Assembly (NCBI GenBank): GCA_039804965.1 | Contig: JBDLVD010000001.1 | Span: forward strand, 1-61,911 | Origin: Pseudomonadota bacterium | GTDB lineage: Bacteria; Pseudomonadota; Alphaproteobacteria; Sphingomonadales; Sphingomonadaceae | Length of the DNA: 61,911 nt | Direction: 5' to 3' | Part shown: piece after piece, positions 21,016 through 29,562 of the stretch | Layout of the letters: every line of letters begins with the position of its first letter | How positions within the stretch are numbered: the stretch's first letter is position 1 | The notes under the pieces: generated by a model | What the model was told of the DNA's origin: nothing | The model's input: the letters and a program-made list of their open reading frames with translations, nothing else | Databases searched by the model: none | Made by a program: the position numbers and the translations under genes

Positions 21016-22977
21016 ATGAGAAACATCTTCGCGGCCACCCCGCTTTCCGCTCTGGCTCTTGTCCTCGCTGCGCCAGCCTCGGCCCAGATCACCAATACCG
21101 CGCCGATGGCCGTGCCGGTTTCGCACAGCATCCCCGATGCGCAGGACGTGGCCTTTCCCGGCATCATCACGCTGGATATCGATGCCACCGACGTCACCCG
21201 CGGCATCTATCGCGTGAAACAGGATGTGCCGGTGCCGCAGGGTGCGAGCGAACTGATCCTGCAATTGCCCGAATGGCTGCCCGGTAACCACGGCCCGCGC
21301 GGCACGATCAACCTGATCGCGGACATCCACTTCAAGGTGGGCGGCAAGGACGTGGCATGGGCACGCGACCCGGTGGAAGTGAACGCGTTCCACATCACCC
21401 TGCCCGCCGGGGCCAAGGCGGTGGAGGCAAGCTTCGTCCATACCTCGCCGCTGCAATCGTCCGAAGGGCGGATCACCATGACGCAGGAAATGCTCAACCT
21501 GCAGTGGGAAAAGGTCAGCCTTTATCCTGCCGGGCATTACGTGCGGCAGATTATGGTGCGCCCCACGGTGACAGTGCCGCAAGGGTGGACGGTGTTCACA
21601 GCGCTGGATGGCCTGCGCCAGCAGGGCAACAAGGTGACATGGGCCGACGTGAATTACGAAACGCTGGTCGATTCGCCGATCTTCGCCGGGAAATATGCCC
21701 GCAGCTGGGATCTGGGCCACAACGTGAAGCTGGATGCCGTGGCGGACGAACCGGGGCAGCTTGAACTGAAGCCCGAAAACCTCGCCTATTTCCGCAAGAT
21801 GGTGGACGAAGCCGTGGCCGCATTCGGCGCGCGGCATTTCGACCATTACGATTTCCTGCTGGCGATGACCGACCGGATGGGCGGCATCGGGCTGGAACAC
21901 CAGCGGTCGAGCGAAAACCAGTACGATCCCGATACGCTGACCGACTGGGACAAGATGGCGCATGACCGCAACGTCATCCCGCACGAATTTTCGCACAGCT
22001 GGGATGGCAAGTATCGCCGCCCGGCCAAGCTGTGGACGCCCGATTACCGCCAGCCGATGCAGAACAACCTGCTGTGGGTGTACGAAGGGCAGACGCAATA
22101 CTGGGGCTGGGTGCTGGCCGCACGGTCAGGTCTGCAGGCCAAGGACATCGTGCTGGGCTCGCTCGCCGGATCGGCTGCGACCTATGCCGATCTGCCGGGC
22201 CGCGAATGGCGCAGCGTCGAAGACACCACGCACGATCCGATCGCCAATGCCCGTCGGCCGGTGCCGTTCCAGTCGATCAGCCGGGGCGAAGATTACTACA
22301 GCGAAGGGATGCTGGTGTGGATCGAAGCCGACCAGATCATCCGCGCCGGCACCAAAGGCAGCAAGAGCCTCGACGATTTCGCCAAGGCCTTCTTCGGCGT
22401 ACGCGATGGTGATTGGGGCCAGCTGACCTATGAATTCGAAGACGTCGTTTCCACGCTGAACGGCATCTATCCCTATGACTGGGCGAAGTTCCTGACGGAC
22501 AAGATCCGCACCCCCGGCCAGCCGGCCCCGCTCGGTGGGCTGCAGAAGGGCGGCTACCAGTTGGTGTGGAAGGACGAACCCAACCCCTATGACAAGCAGC
22601 GCCTTGCGCAAAGCGGCGGGGTCAGCCTGAACTGGTCGCTGGGCATGGGGCTGGACAAGGGCGGCAAGGTCACGTCGGTGAAATGGGATGGCCCGGCGTT
22701 CAACGCCGGAATCGTGGGCGGCGCGCAAGTGGTGGCCGTCAACGGCGAGGAATTCAGCGCCGAACGCATCAAGCGCGCCGTCACTGCCGCGAAGGAGGGG
22801 GATCCGGTGCAACTGCTGGTGAAGCGCGGCACCGTCTATTCCACGGTGACAATCCCTTACAAGGGCGGGTTGCGGTTCCCATGGCTGGAACGCACCGGCA
22901 AGGCAGAAAGCGGACTGGACCGGCTGCTGGCCCCCACCACCGGGCCGATCCCGGCGGGCGCACCCAAGAAGGATTGA
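21016..22977 (+). CDS. M61 family (glycyl) aminopeptidase with PDZ domain
   Basis: Signal peptide, GGIGLEH, HEFSHSW zinc motif, LWVYEG, C-terminal PDZ-like segment. Confidence 0.93.
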   Translation: MRNIFAATPLSALALVLAAPASAQITNTAPMAVPVSHSIPDAQDVAFPGIITLDIDATDVTRGIYRVKQDVPVPQGASELILQLPEWLPGNHGPRGTINLIADIHFKVGGKDVAWARDPVEVNAFHITLPAGAKAVEASFVHTSPLQSSEGRITMTQEMLNLQWEKVSLYPAGHYVRQIMVRPTVTVPQGWTVFTALDGLRQQGNKVTWADVNYETLVDSPIFAGKYARSWDLGHNVKLDAVADEPGQLELKPENLAYFRKMVDEAVAAFGARHFDHYDFLLAMTDRMGGIGLEHQRSSENQYDPDTLTDWDKMAHDRNVIPHEFSHSWDGKYRRPAKLWTPDYRQPMQNNLLWVYEGQTQYWGWVLAARSGLQAKDIVLGSLAGSAATYADLPGREWRSVEDTTHDPIANARRPVPFQSISRGEDYYSEGMLVWIEADQIIRAGTKGSKSLDDFAKAFFGVRDGDWGQLTYEFEDVVSTLNGIYPYDWAKFLTDKIRTPGQPAPLGGLQKGGYQLVWKDEPNPYDKQRLAQSGGVSLNWSLGMGLDKGGKVTSVKWDGPAFNAGIVGGAQVVAVNGEEFSAERIKRAVTAAKEGDPVQLLVKRGTVYSTVTIPYKGGLRFPWLERTGKAESGLDRLLAPTTGPIPAGAPKKD

Positions 22978-22984
22978 CCGTAAC

Positions 22985-23019
22985 CCGCCCCCTTGCGGCA
23001 CGCGCCGCGAAGGGGGCGG
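22985..23019. terminator. GC-rich hairpin between convergent genes
   Basis: CCGCCCCCTTGCGGC-acgc-GCCGCGAAGGGGGCGG; weak U-tracts. Confidence 0.6.
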
Positions 23020-23025
23020 AACCGG

Positions 23026-24135
23026 TTATTCGGCGGCTTCCAGGAAGCGATCGTCGATCGAATCCTCGGCTTCCCAGCTCTTCACTTCGGGCAGCACCTT
23101 TTCCGCGAACAGGTGCATGTTCTTGCGCGCTTCTGCCTGCGGCATTCCGCCGAAGTAGACGTGCGGGAAGAACCCCTGCGGGCGGTAGATTTCCTTCAGT
23201 TCCCACATCCGGTCGAGGATCATCTGCGGGGTGCCGGTAACCGCGCCCTTGCCGAATTCCTCGGCATAGGCAGGCACGGCTTCGGCCGGCATGGTCATGT
23301 TTTCATAGTGTTCGTAGCCCTTGATCCCGGTGAAGCTGCCGGGCTTGTCGAGGCTGTAGTTCTTCATTGCCGCGCGCATGGTGGCGGACAGGTACTTGTG
23401 GCCCTGTTCTTCCGCCCGGTCGGCGCTTTCATCGATGTAGAAGTTGCCGCTGACCATCGGCGCCGGCGGGCGCGATCCGGGGCCGTGGACCTGTTCCCAC
23501 ACCTCGGCATATTTGTCGGGCGGGGTTTCCTTGCCGCGCTGGGGCAGCATCAGCACCATGTTGCCGAAGCCGTTGCGCGCGGCGGCAACCATCGAATTGC
23601 CTGACAGCGATCCGCAGAACTTGCGCCCGGCAAAGCTCTTGATCGGGCGCGGGCGCAGTTCGCTGCGCGGCAGGCTGCCGAACGCCCCTTCGCCTTCGAT
23701 GAAGCCCGTTTCCAGCGCCGGGATCAGCACGTCCAGCGTATCGTTATACAGTTCGCGCGACTTGTTCTGGTCAATGCCAAGGCCGGTGAATTCATGCGGG
23801 GCGAGCCCGCCGCCAAAGCCGAGGATCATCCGCCCGCCCGACAGGATGTCGAGGTTGATGATCCGTTCCGCCAGCCGCACCGGGTGGTGCCACGGCACGA
23901 TGATGCACTGCGTGCCCAATTTCACCCGCTTGGTCTTCGCCGCGATCCAGGTGAGCAGTTGAACCGGATCGTTGGACATCGAATAGTCGGAAAAGTGGTG
24001 TTCGGTGATCCACACCGAATCGAAACCCAGATCTTCCGCCAGCACGAGGTTGTCCACCTCTTCGCGCAGGAACTGGGTATCGGAATAGGCGTTACCGCGC
24101 TGATGCGCGAATCCACTGGCAAGGCCGACGTGCAT
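23026..24135 (-). CDS. Luciferase-like (LLM class) flavin-dependent monooxygenase
   Basis: AEDLGFDSVWITEHHF, HPVRLAE, LSGGRMILGFG. Confidence 0.92.
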   Translation of the reverse strand: MHVGLASGFAHQRGNAYSDTQFLREEVDNLVLAEDLGFDSVWITEHHFSDYSMSNDPVQLLTWIAAKTKRVKLGTQCIIVPWHHPVRLAERIINLDILSGGRMILGFGGGLAPHEFTGLGIDQNKSRELYNDTLDVLIPALETGFIEGEGAFGSLPRSELRPRPIKSFAGRKFCGSLSGNSMVAAARNGFGNMVLMLPQRGKETPPDKYAEVWEQVHGPGSRPPAPMVSGNFYIDESADRAEEQGHKYLSATMRAAMKNYSLDKPGSFTGIKGYEHYENMTMPAEAVPAYAEEFGKGAVTGTPQMILDRMWELKEIYRPQGFFPHVYFGGMPQAEARKNMHLFAEKVLPEVKSWEAEDSIDDRFLEAAE

Positions 24136-24353
24136 GGCTGGGGCTCCTCTTCCCGGTGGCAGGCCGGCTTCTTCGCGAACCGGCTCCGCCCTTCAATCGG
24201 ATGTGAAGGATGCCCCAGATAAGGGCTTTGCACAATTCGTGATTGGCATTGCCTTCGCAGTTGCGATAGGCGCGCCGCAAACGACAACAGAACTGGGAAA
24301 GGTTGCCGCAGGAAACAGCCCGCAACGGGCGCTATTCAGCGGAATTCATCTTC

Positions 24354-24902
24354 ATGCGCATCGAACATATCCCCACTGGTGACAATCCCCCCGAAAGCCT
24401 GAACGTCATCATCGAAGTGCCGCTGGGCGGCGAACCGGTGAAGTACGAATTCGACAAGGCCAGCGGCGCGCTGTTCGTGGACCGCATCCTGCACACGCCG
24501 ATGCGTTATCCCACCAATTACGGTTTCGTGCCGCACACCCTGTCGCCCGATGGCGATCCGCTGGATGCGCTGGTGGTGGCCCGCAGCCCGTTCGTGCCCG
24601 GCTGCGTCGTGCGCGCCCGGCCGATCGCGGTGCTGAACCTGGAAGACGAACACGGCGGCGATGAAAAGCTGATCTGCGTGCCGGTCGATTCCACCTTCCC
24701 GTATTATTCCGACGTGAAGGAAAAGGACGATCTGCCCGAAATCGTCTTCAGCCAGATCGAACACTTCTTCACCCACTACAAGGATCTGGAGAAGGAAAAG
24801 TGGGTTCGTGTCGGCACTTGGGGCGGCGCGGAAGAAGCCAAGCAGATCACGCTGGAAGCGATCGAACGCTACCACGCGGCGGGCGGCACCGGCGCCATCT
24901 GA
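24354..24902 (+). CDS. ppa: Inorganic pyrophosphatase (family I)
   Basis: YPTNYG, DGDPLD, DEKL, HFFTHYKDLE. Confidence 0.98.
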   Translation: MRIEHIPTGDNPPESLNVIIEVPLGGEPVKYEFDKASGALFVDRILHTPMRYPTNYGFVPHTLSPDGDPLDALVVARSPFVPGCVVRARPIAVLNLEDEHGGDEKLICVPVDSTFPYYSDVKEKDDLPEIVFSQIEHFFTHYKDLEKEKWVRVGTWGGAEEAKQITLEAIERYHAAGGTGAI

Positions 24903-24954
24903 AACTGATATCGTGCAAGCCGGCTGGCGCGCCCCGCGCCGGCCGGTTTGACGG

Positions 24955-25332
24955 TTAAAGCAGCGCGCCCACAGCCTTGAACAGCGCGGTCAAAGCAAAA
25001 GGCAGGCCCATGGCGCACAGCCACAGCGCCAACCGATCACGACGGAACGCCGCGCCCAGCGCCGGATCGTGCGCTTCGGCGTCCGAAAGCCCATCCCACC
25101 GTTTTTCGAACCAGCGGCAACCGGGAATGATCGCCGCCACCAGCACGATCAGAGCGAAATAGGGAAGGATGGACCCGCTTTCGTTCTTCAACGCCTGCAT
25201 GGTCACGAAAATCTGCAACGCAGTATAGCCAAGCAGGGCGAAAGCGACATGATCGCTCATCCTGCGTCGCCAGTCCTGCTTCTGATCTGCACGCTTTTGC
25301 GTCGTCAGATCATCATGAAGCGCTTTTTCCAT
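24955..25332 (-). CDS. Small membrane protein (3 TM), unknown function
   Basis: GGGAGA RBS; three hydrophobic segments; fills the gap between ppa and lptB. Confidence 0.75.
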   Translation of the reverse strand: MEKALHDDLTTQKRADQKQDWRRRMSDHVAFALLGYTALQIFVTMQALKNESGSILPYFALIVLVAAIIPGCRWFEKRWDGLSDAEAHDPALGAAFRRDRLALWLCAMGLPFALTALFKAVGALL

Positions 25333-25453
25333 GCGCCTTCTCCCTACATCCGAATTGGGACTATCTCACCGCGACTGATCCCATGCAAGTGCGGTAACCC
25401 TGTGTTCAGCAAGCCGGGTTAGGCACGGTCCATCGCAGCCATGCACGAATCTC

Positions 25454-25472
25454 TTGGCACGAATCTTGCCAA
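25454..25472. promoter_or_regulatory. Sigma54 -24/-12 element (pseudo-palindromic)
   Basis: TTGGCAC-gaatc-TTGCCAA; plus strand TGGCAC-N5-TTGC, minus strand TGGCAA-N5-GTGC. Confidence 0.7.
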
Positions 25473-25514
25473 TCGGGCTGCAAAGCCCCCCAAACCATGC
25501 TAGATCGCCGGACG

Positions 25515-26333
25515 ATGACGACCCTTCAGGACACCACCGCACAGCCAGCCGGACTGCAATCGCAGCAGGGAACGCAACAGGCTGGCACCACCGCGTCCCA
25601 ACCGATCCCGCAGGGTGGGCTGGAAGTGGTTTCGATCGCCAAGAGTTATGACAAGCGCGCCGTGCTGACGGACATTTCACTGACCGTTGGCAAAGGCGAA
25701 GTGCTGGGCCTGCTCGGCCCCAACGGCGCGGGCAAGACCACCTGCTTCTATTCGATCATGGGCCTTGTCCGCCCCGACAGCGGCCGCATCCTGATGGACG
25801 GCGTCGATGTCACGCGGCTGCCGATGTATCGCCGGGCCATCCTCGGCCTCGGCTATCTGCCGCAGGAAACCAGCATCTTCCGCGGGATGACCGTGGCGCA
25901 GAACATCGCCTGCGTGCTGGAAATGGTGGAACCAGACAAGGACGTGCGCGCCGCCGAACTGGAACGGTTGCTGGAAGAATTCCACATCACCCGCTTGCGC
26001 GACAGCCCGGCCATGGCGCTTTCGGGCGGTGAACGCCGCCGCTGCGAAATCGCGCGGGCGCTAGCGGCCAAGCCTTCGATCATGCTGCTGGACGAACCTT
26101 TCGCCGGGATCGACCCCCTCTCGATCAGCGACATTCGCGGGCTGGTGAAGGATCTGAAGGCACGCGGCATCGGCGTGCTGATTACCGACCACAACGTGCG
26201 CGAAACGCTCGACATCGTGGACCGCGCCTGCATCATCTACGGTGGGCAGGTGCTGTTTGCCGGATCACCGGAAGACCTGGTGGCGGATGAAAACGTGCGG
26301 CGGCTCTATCTGGGCGAAAGCTTCACCCTGTGA
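25515..26333 (+). CDS. lptB: LPS export ABC transporter ATPase LptB
   Basis: GPNGAGKT, YLPQETSIF, LSGGERRR, DEPFAGIDP; directly upstream of rpoN; start codon uncertain. Confidence 0.95.
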   Translation: MTTLQDTTAQPAGLQSQQGTQQAGTTASQPIPQGGLEVVSIAKSYDKRAVLTDISLTVGKGEVLGLLGPNGAGKTTCFYSIMGLVRPDSGRILMDGVDVTRLPMYRRAILGLGYLPQETSIFRGMTVAQNIACVLEMVEPDKDVRAAELERLLEEFHITRLRDSPAMALSGGERRRCEIARALAAKPSIMLLDEPFAGIDPLSISDIRGLVKDLKARGIGVLITDHNVRETLDIVDRACIIYGGQVLFAGSPEDLVADENVRRLYLGESFTL

Positions 26334-26386
26334 TCCGCGCTGCTTTGAAACGCCTCGCCGTGCCCTGCCCCGGAAAGGCCTGAACC

Positions 26387-27865
26387 GTGGCGCTGGGGCC
26401 AAGGCTCGACCTCAGGCAATCCCAGTCGCTGGTGATGACGCCGCAGTTGCAGCAGGCGATCAAGCTGCTGGCGCTGTCCAACCTCGAAATAGAAGCCTTC
26501 ATCGGCGATGCATTGGAAAGTAATCCGCTGCTCGAAGCGGGCGAGACCGCGATGGAGCGCGCCTCGGCCGAACAGGTGGCTGCCAGCCAGCAGGAAACGG
26601 CACCCGAACCCACCGCCGACCAGCTGATCCTGCAAGGCCACGGCGAAGCCGACGCCCCGCTCGACATCGACCCGGCCACGCTCGACCGGGATCGCGATAC
26701 CGGTGACTGGTCGGCCGCCGCCATCTCGGCGCCGGGTGATGATGGCTGGGACATCGACGAACGCGGCGATGACGATCCGTCGCTGGCCCGGCATCTGGCA
26801 GCGCAGATCGGGGCGACCACGTCCGACGCGGAGCTGCTGTTCCTTGCCCAACACATCATCGGGCAACTGGACGAAGCCGGTTATCTGCCGGTTTCCCTGC
26901 GCGAACTTGCCGCCGATTGCGGCGTGCCGCTTGCCCGGATGGAACAGGCGCTGGCGCTGGTGCAGGCGCTAGACCCCGCCGGCGTGGGCGCACGGACCTT
27001 GTCCGAATGCCTCGCCCTGCAAGCAAGGGATGCGGACCGCTACGATCCGTGCATGGCGCGGCTGATCGACAATCTCGAACTGGTGGCCAAGGGCGCGCTG
27101 GCGCAATTGAAGCGCATTTGCGCTGTCGATGACGAAGATTTTGCCGATATGCTGGCGGAACTGCGCGGATACGATCCCAAGCCCGGCCTGCGCTTTGGCG
27201 GCAGCAACCGTGAACCGGTGGTGCCCGACATCCTGATTACCGCCGGGGCCAAGGGCGGCTGGGACATTGCGCTGAACCAGGCGACCCTGCCGCGGCTGAT
27301 CGTTAACCGCGATTATTACGTCGAACTGCGCGGCGGTTGCACCGGCAAGGAGGCGCGGCGCTGGCTGGGCGAAAAGCTGCAGGATGCCAACTGGCTGCTG
27401 AAGGCGCTGGATCAGCGGCAGAAGACCATCCTGAAGGTCGCTGCCGAAATCGTTAAGCAGCAGGAAGGGTTCTTCCGCCATGGCGTGTCGGAACTGAAGC
27501 CGCTGACGTTGCGCGCGGTGGCGACGGAAATCGACATGCACGAAAGCACGATCAGCCGGGTTACTTCGAACAAGTACCTGCATTGCGATCGCGGCACATT
27601 CGAACTGAAATACTTCTTCACCAGCGGGGTTGCTGCAGCCGATGGAGAAGGATCGGTTTCCGCCGAAGCGGTGAAGGCGCAGATCAAGGCGCTGATCGAC
27701 GCAGAAGCGGCCGACGCGATCCTTTCAGACGATACGCTGGTGGATCTCCTTCGGGCAAAAGGTTTCGATCTGGCCCGCCGAACCGTTGCCAAATATCGCG
27801 AAGCGATCGGCATCGGATCGTCGGTGCAACGGCGGCGGCAAAAGAAGCTGTCGCGCGTCGCATGA
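26387..27865 (+). CDS. rpoN: RNA polymerase sigma-54 factor
   Basis: PQLQQAIKLL region I, HESTISR, RpoN box ARRTVAKYRE. Confidence 0.99.
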   Translation: MALGPRLDLRQSQSLVMTPQLQQAIKLLALSNLEIEAFIGDALESNPLLEAGETAMERASAEQVAASQQETAPEPTADQLILQGHGEADAPLDIDPATLDRDRDTGDWSAAAISAPGDDGWDIDERGDDDPSLARHLAAQIGATTSDAELLFLAQHIIGQLDEAGYLPVSLRELAADCGVPLARMEQALALVQALDPAGVGARTLSECLALQARDADRYDPCMARLIDNLELVAKGALAQLKRICAVDDEDFADMLAELRGYDPKPGLRFGGSNREPVVPDILITAGAKGGWDIALNQATLPRLIVNRDYYVELRGGCTGKEARRWLGEKLQDANWLLKALDQRQKTILKVAAEIVKQQEGFFRHGVSELKPLTLRAVATEIDMHESTISRVTSNKYLHCDRGTFELKYFFTSGVAAADGEGSVSAEAVKAQIKALIDAEAADAILSDDTLVDLLRAKGFDLARRTVAKYREAIGIGSSVQRRRQKKLSRVA

Positions 27866-27921
27866 CAACTTTTCTGGGTAAAAGGGTTGCCCAAACGTCC
27901 CAAATCGGGCTTTGCCGTTGC

Positions 27922-27938
27922 TTTACGACTAATTAACC
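27922..27938. promoter_or_regulatory. CtrA autoregulatory box
   Basis: TTTA-cgactaa-TTAACC upstream of ctrA; GGTTAA half-site at 27960-27965. Confidence 0.65.
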
Positions 27939-28022
27939 TTTTTCGTTGAGAGATGTCGTGGTTAATTGATGGCAACACCTCGTGCCGGGGGGTTACCGAA
28001 GTGGCGACAAGGGGGCATCCCA

Positions 28023-28718
28023 ATGCGCGTATTGTTGATCGAAGACGAGCCTACGACCGCCAAGGCGATCGAGCTCATGCTTACGACCGAAGGTTTCAAT
28101 GTCTATTCGACGGATCTTGGCGAAGAAGGCCTCGATCTGGGCAAACTGTATGATTACGATATCATCCTGCTCGATCTGAACCTGCCTGACATGCACGGTT
28201 ATGACGTGCTGAAAAAACTGCGCGTCGCCAAGGTGCAGACCCCGGTGCTGATCCTTTCGGGCATTTCCGAAATGGATTCCAAAATCCGCAGCTTCGGCTT
28301 CGGCGCGGATGACTATGTCACCAAGCCGTTCCACCGCGATGAACTGATCGCCCGCATCCATGCCGTGGTGCGCCGGTCCAAGGGCCATTCGCAATCGGTC
28401 ATCCGCACCGGCAAGCTGGCCGTCAACCTCGATGCCAAGACCGTCGAAGTCGATGCCGCCCGCGTGCATCTGACCGGCAAGGAATATGCGATGCTGGAGC
28501 TGCTTTCGCTCCGCAAGGGCACCACGCTGACCAAGGAAATGTTCCTCAACCACCTCTATGGCGGCATGGACGAACCCGAACTGAAGATCATCGACGTGTT
28601 CATCTGCAAGCTGCGCAAGAAGCTTTCCAGCGCATGCGGCGGGGAAAACTACATCGAAACGGTCTGGGGCCGCGGCTATGTCCTGCGCGATCCAGGCGAA
28701 GAGGCCGAAGCGGCCTGA
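28023..28718 (+). CDS. ctrA: Cell-cycle master response regulator CtrA
   Basis: [58 protein letters not shown]; C-terminal AA degron. Confidence 0.99.
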   Translation: MRVLLIEDEPTTAKAIELMLTTEGFNVYSTDLGEEGLDLGKLYDYDIILLDLNLPDMHGYDVLKKLRVAKVQTPVLILSGISEMDSKIRSFGFGADDYVTKPFHRDELIARIHAVVRRSKGHSQSVIRTGKLAVNLDAKTVEVDAARVHLTGKEYAMLELLSLRKGTTLTKEMFLNHLYGGMDEPELKIIDVFICKLRKKLSSACGGENYIETVWGRGYVLRDPGEEAEAA

Positions 28719-28766
28719 TGGCTGCCTGACGCCCCGCCCCAACGACTTTCCCCGGACGGGAGAACG

Positions 28767-28808
28767 GAAAGACCGCGTCGAGGCCTTGCTTCGGGGCGGT
28801 TTTTCTTT
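28767..28808 (+). terminator. Intrinsic terminator after ctrA
   Basis: GAAAGACCGC...GCGGTTTTTC stem with following T-tract. Confidence 0.7.
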
Positions 28809-28821
28809 ACCCGGCACCGCC

Positions 28822-29535
28822 ATGACTGCGTTCAAGCCCGGCGATCCGACCACGTTGAAGCGGCTTTATGGCCGGTCGAAGGGCAAGGCCCTGCGCGCCG
28901 GGCAGCAAGGGCTGATCGATACACTGCTGCCGCAGATCGCCGTTCCCACCGAAGGGCCGGTCACGGCTGAACGGCTGTTCGGCCCGGCCAGCTTCGGCCC
29001 GCGCCCGCTGCATTTCGAAATCGGCTTTGGCGGGGGGGAGCACATGGCCACCCGCGCCGACATGCTGCCCGATCACGGTTTCATCGGCTGCGAACCATTC
29101 ATCAACGGCGTGGCGCAGGCGCTGCCGCTGGTGCGCGACATGGCCTTGCCCAATGTCCGCATCCACAATGGCGATGCGCTGGAAGTGCTGGAACGCATTC
29201 CCGATGGCGAACTGTCATTCCTGTACCTGCTGCACCCCGATCCGTGGCCCAAGGCCCGGCACATCAAGCGGCGGATGATGAACGATGGCCCGGTGGACAT
29301 GTTCGCGGCCAAGCTGAAGCCCGGCGGCGAATTCCGCTTCGGCACCGATCACGACGTGTACCTGCGCCACGCGCTGATGGTCATGCGCCGCCACCGCCAC
29401 CAGTTCGAATGGCTGTGCGAAAAACCCGCCGATTTCCAGAACCGCCCCGGCGGCTGGCCGGAAACGCGGTACGAACACAAGGCCCGCACCGTTTACGGTC
29501 ACGAGGTCTGGTACTTCCGCTTCCGCCGCCGCTGA
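28822..29535 (+). CDS. trmB: tRNA (guanine-N7)-methyltransferase
   Basis: EIGFGGGE, GCEP, PDPWPKARH.KRR, GTD, TRYE.K. Confidence 0.96.
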   Translation: MTAFKPGDPTTLKRLYGRSKGKALRAGQQGLIDTLLPQIAVPTEGPVTAERLFGPASFGPRPLHFEIGFGGGEHMATRADMLPDHGFIGCEPFINGVAQALPLVRDMALPNVRIHNGDALEVLERIPDGELSFLYLLHPDPWPKARHIKRRMMNDGPVDMFAAKLKPGGEFRFGTDHDVYLRHALMVMRRHRHQFEWLCEKPADFQNRPGGWPETRYEHKARTVYGHEVWYFRFRRR

Positions 29536-29562
29536 TATCCGGGCAGCGGAAGCGGACGGGAA

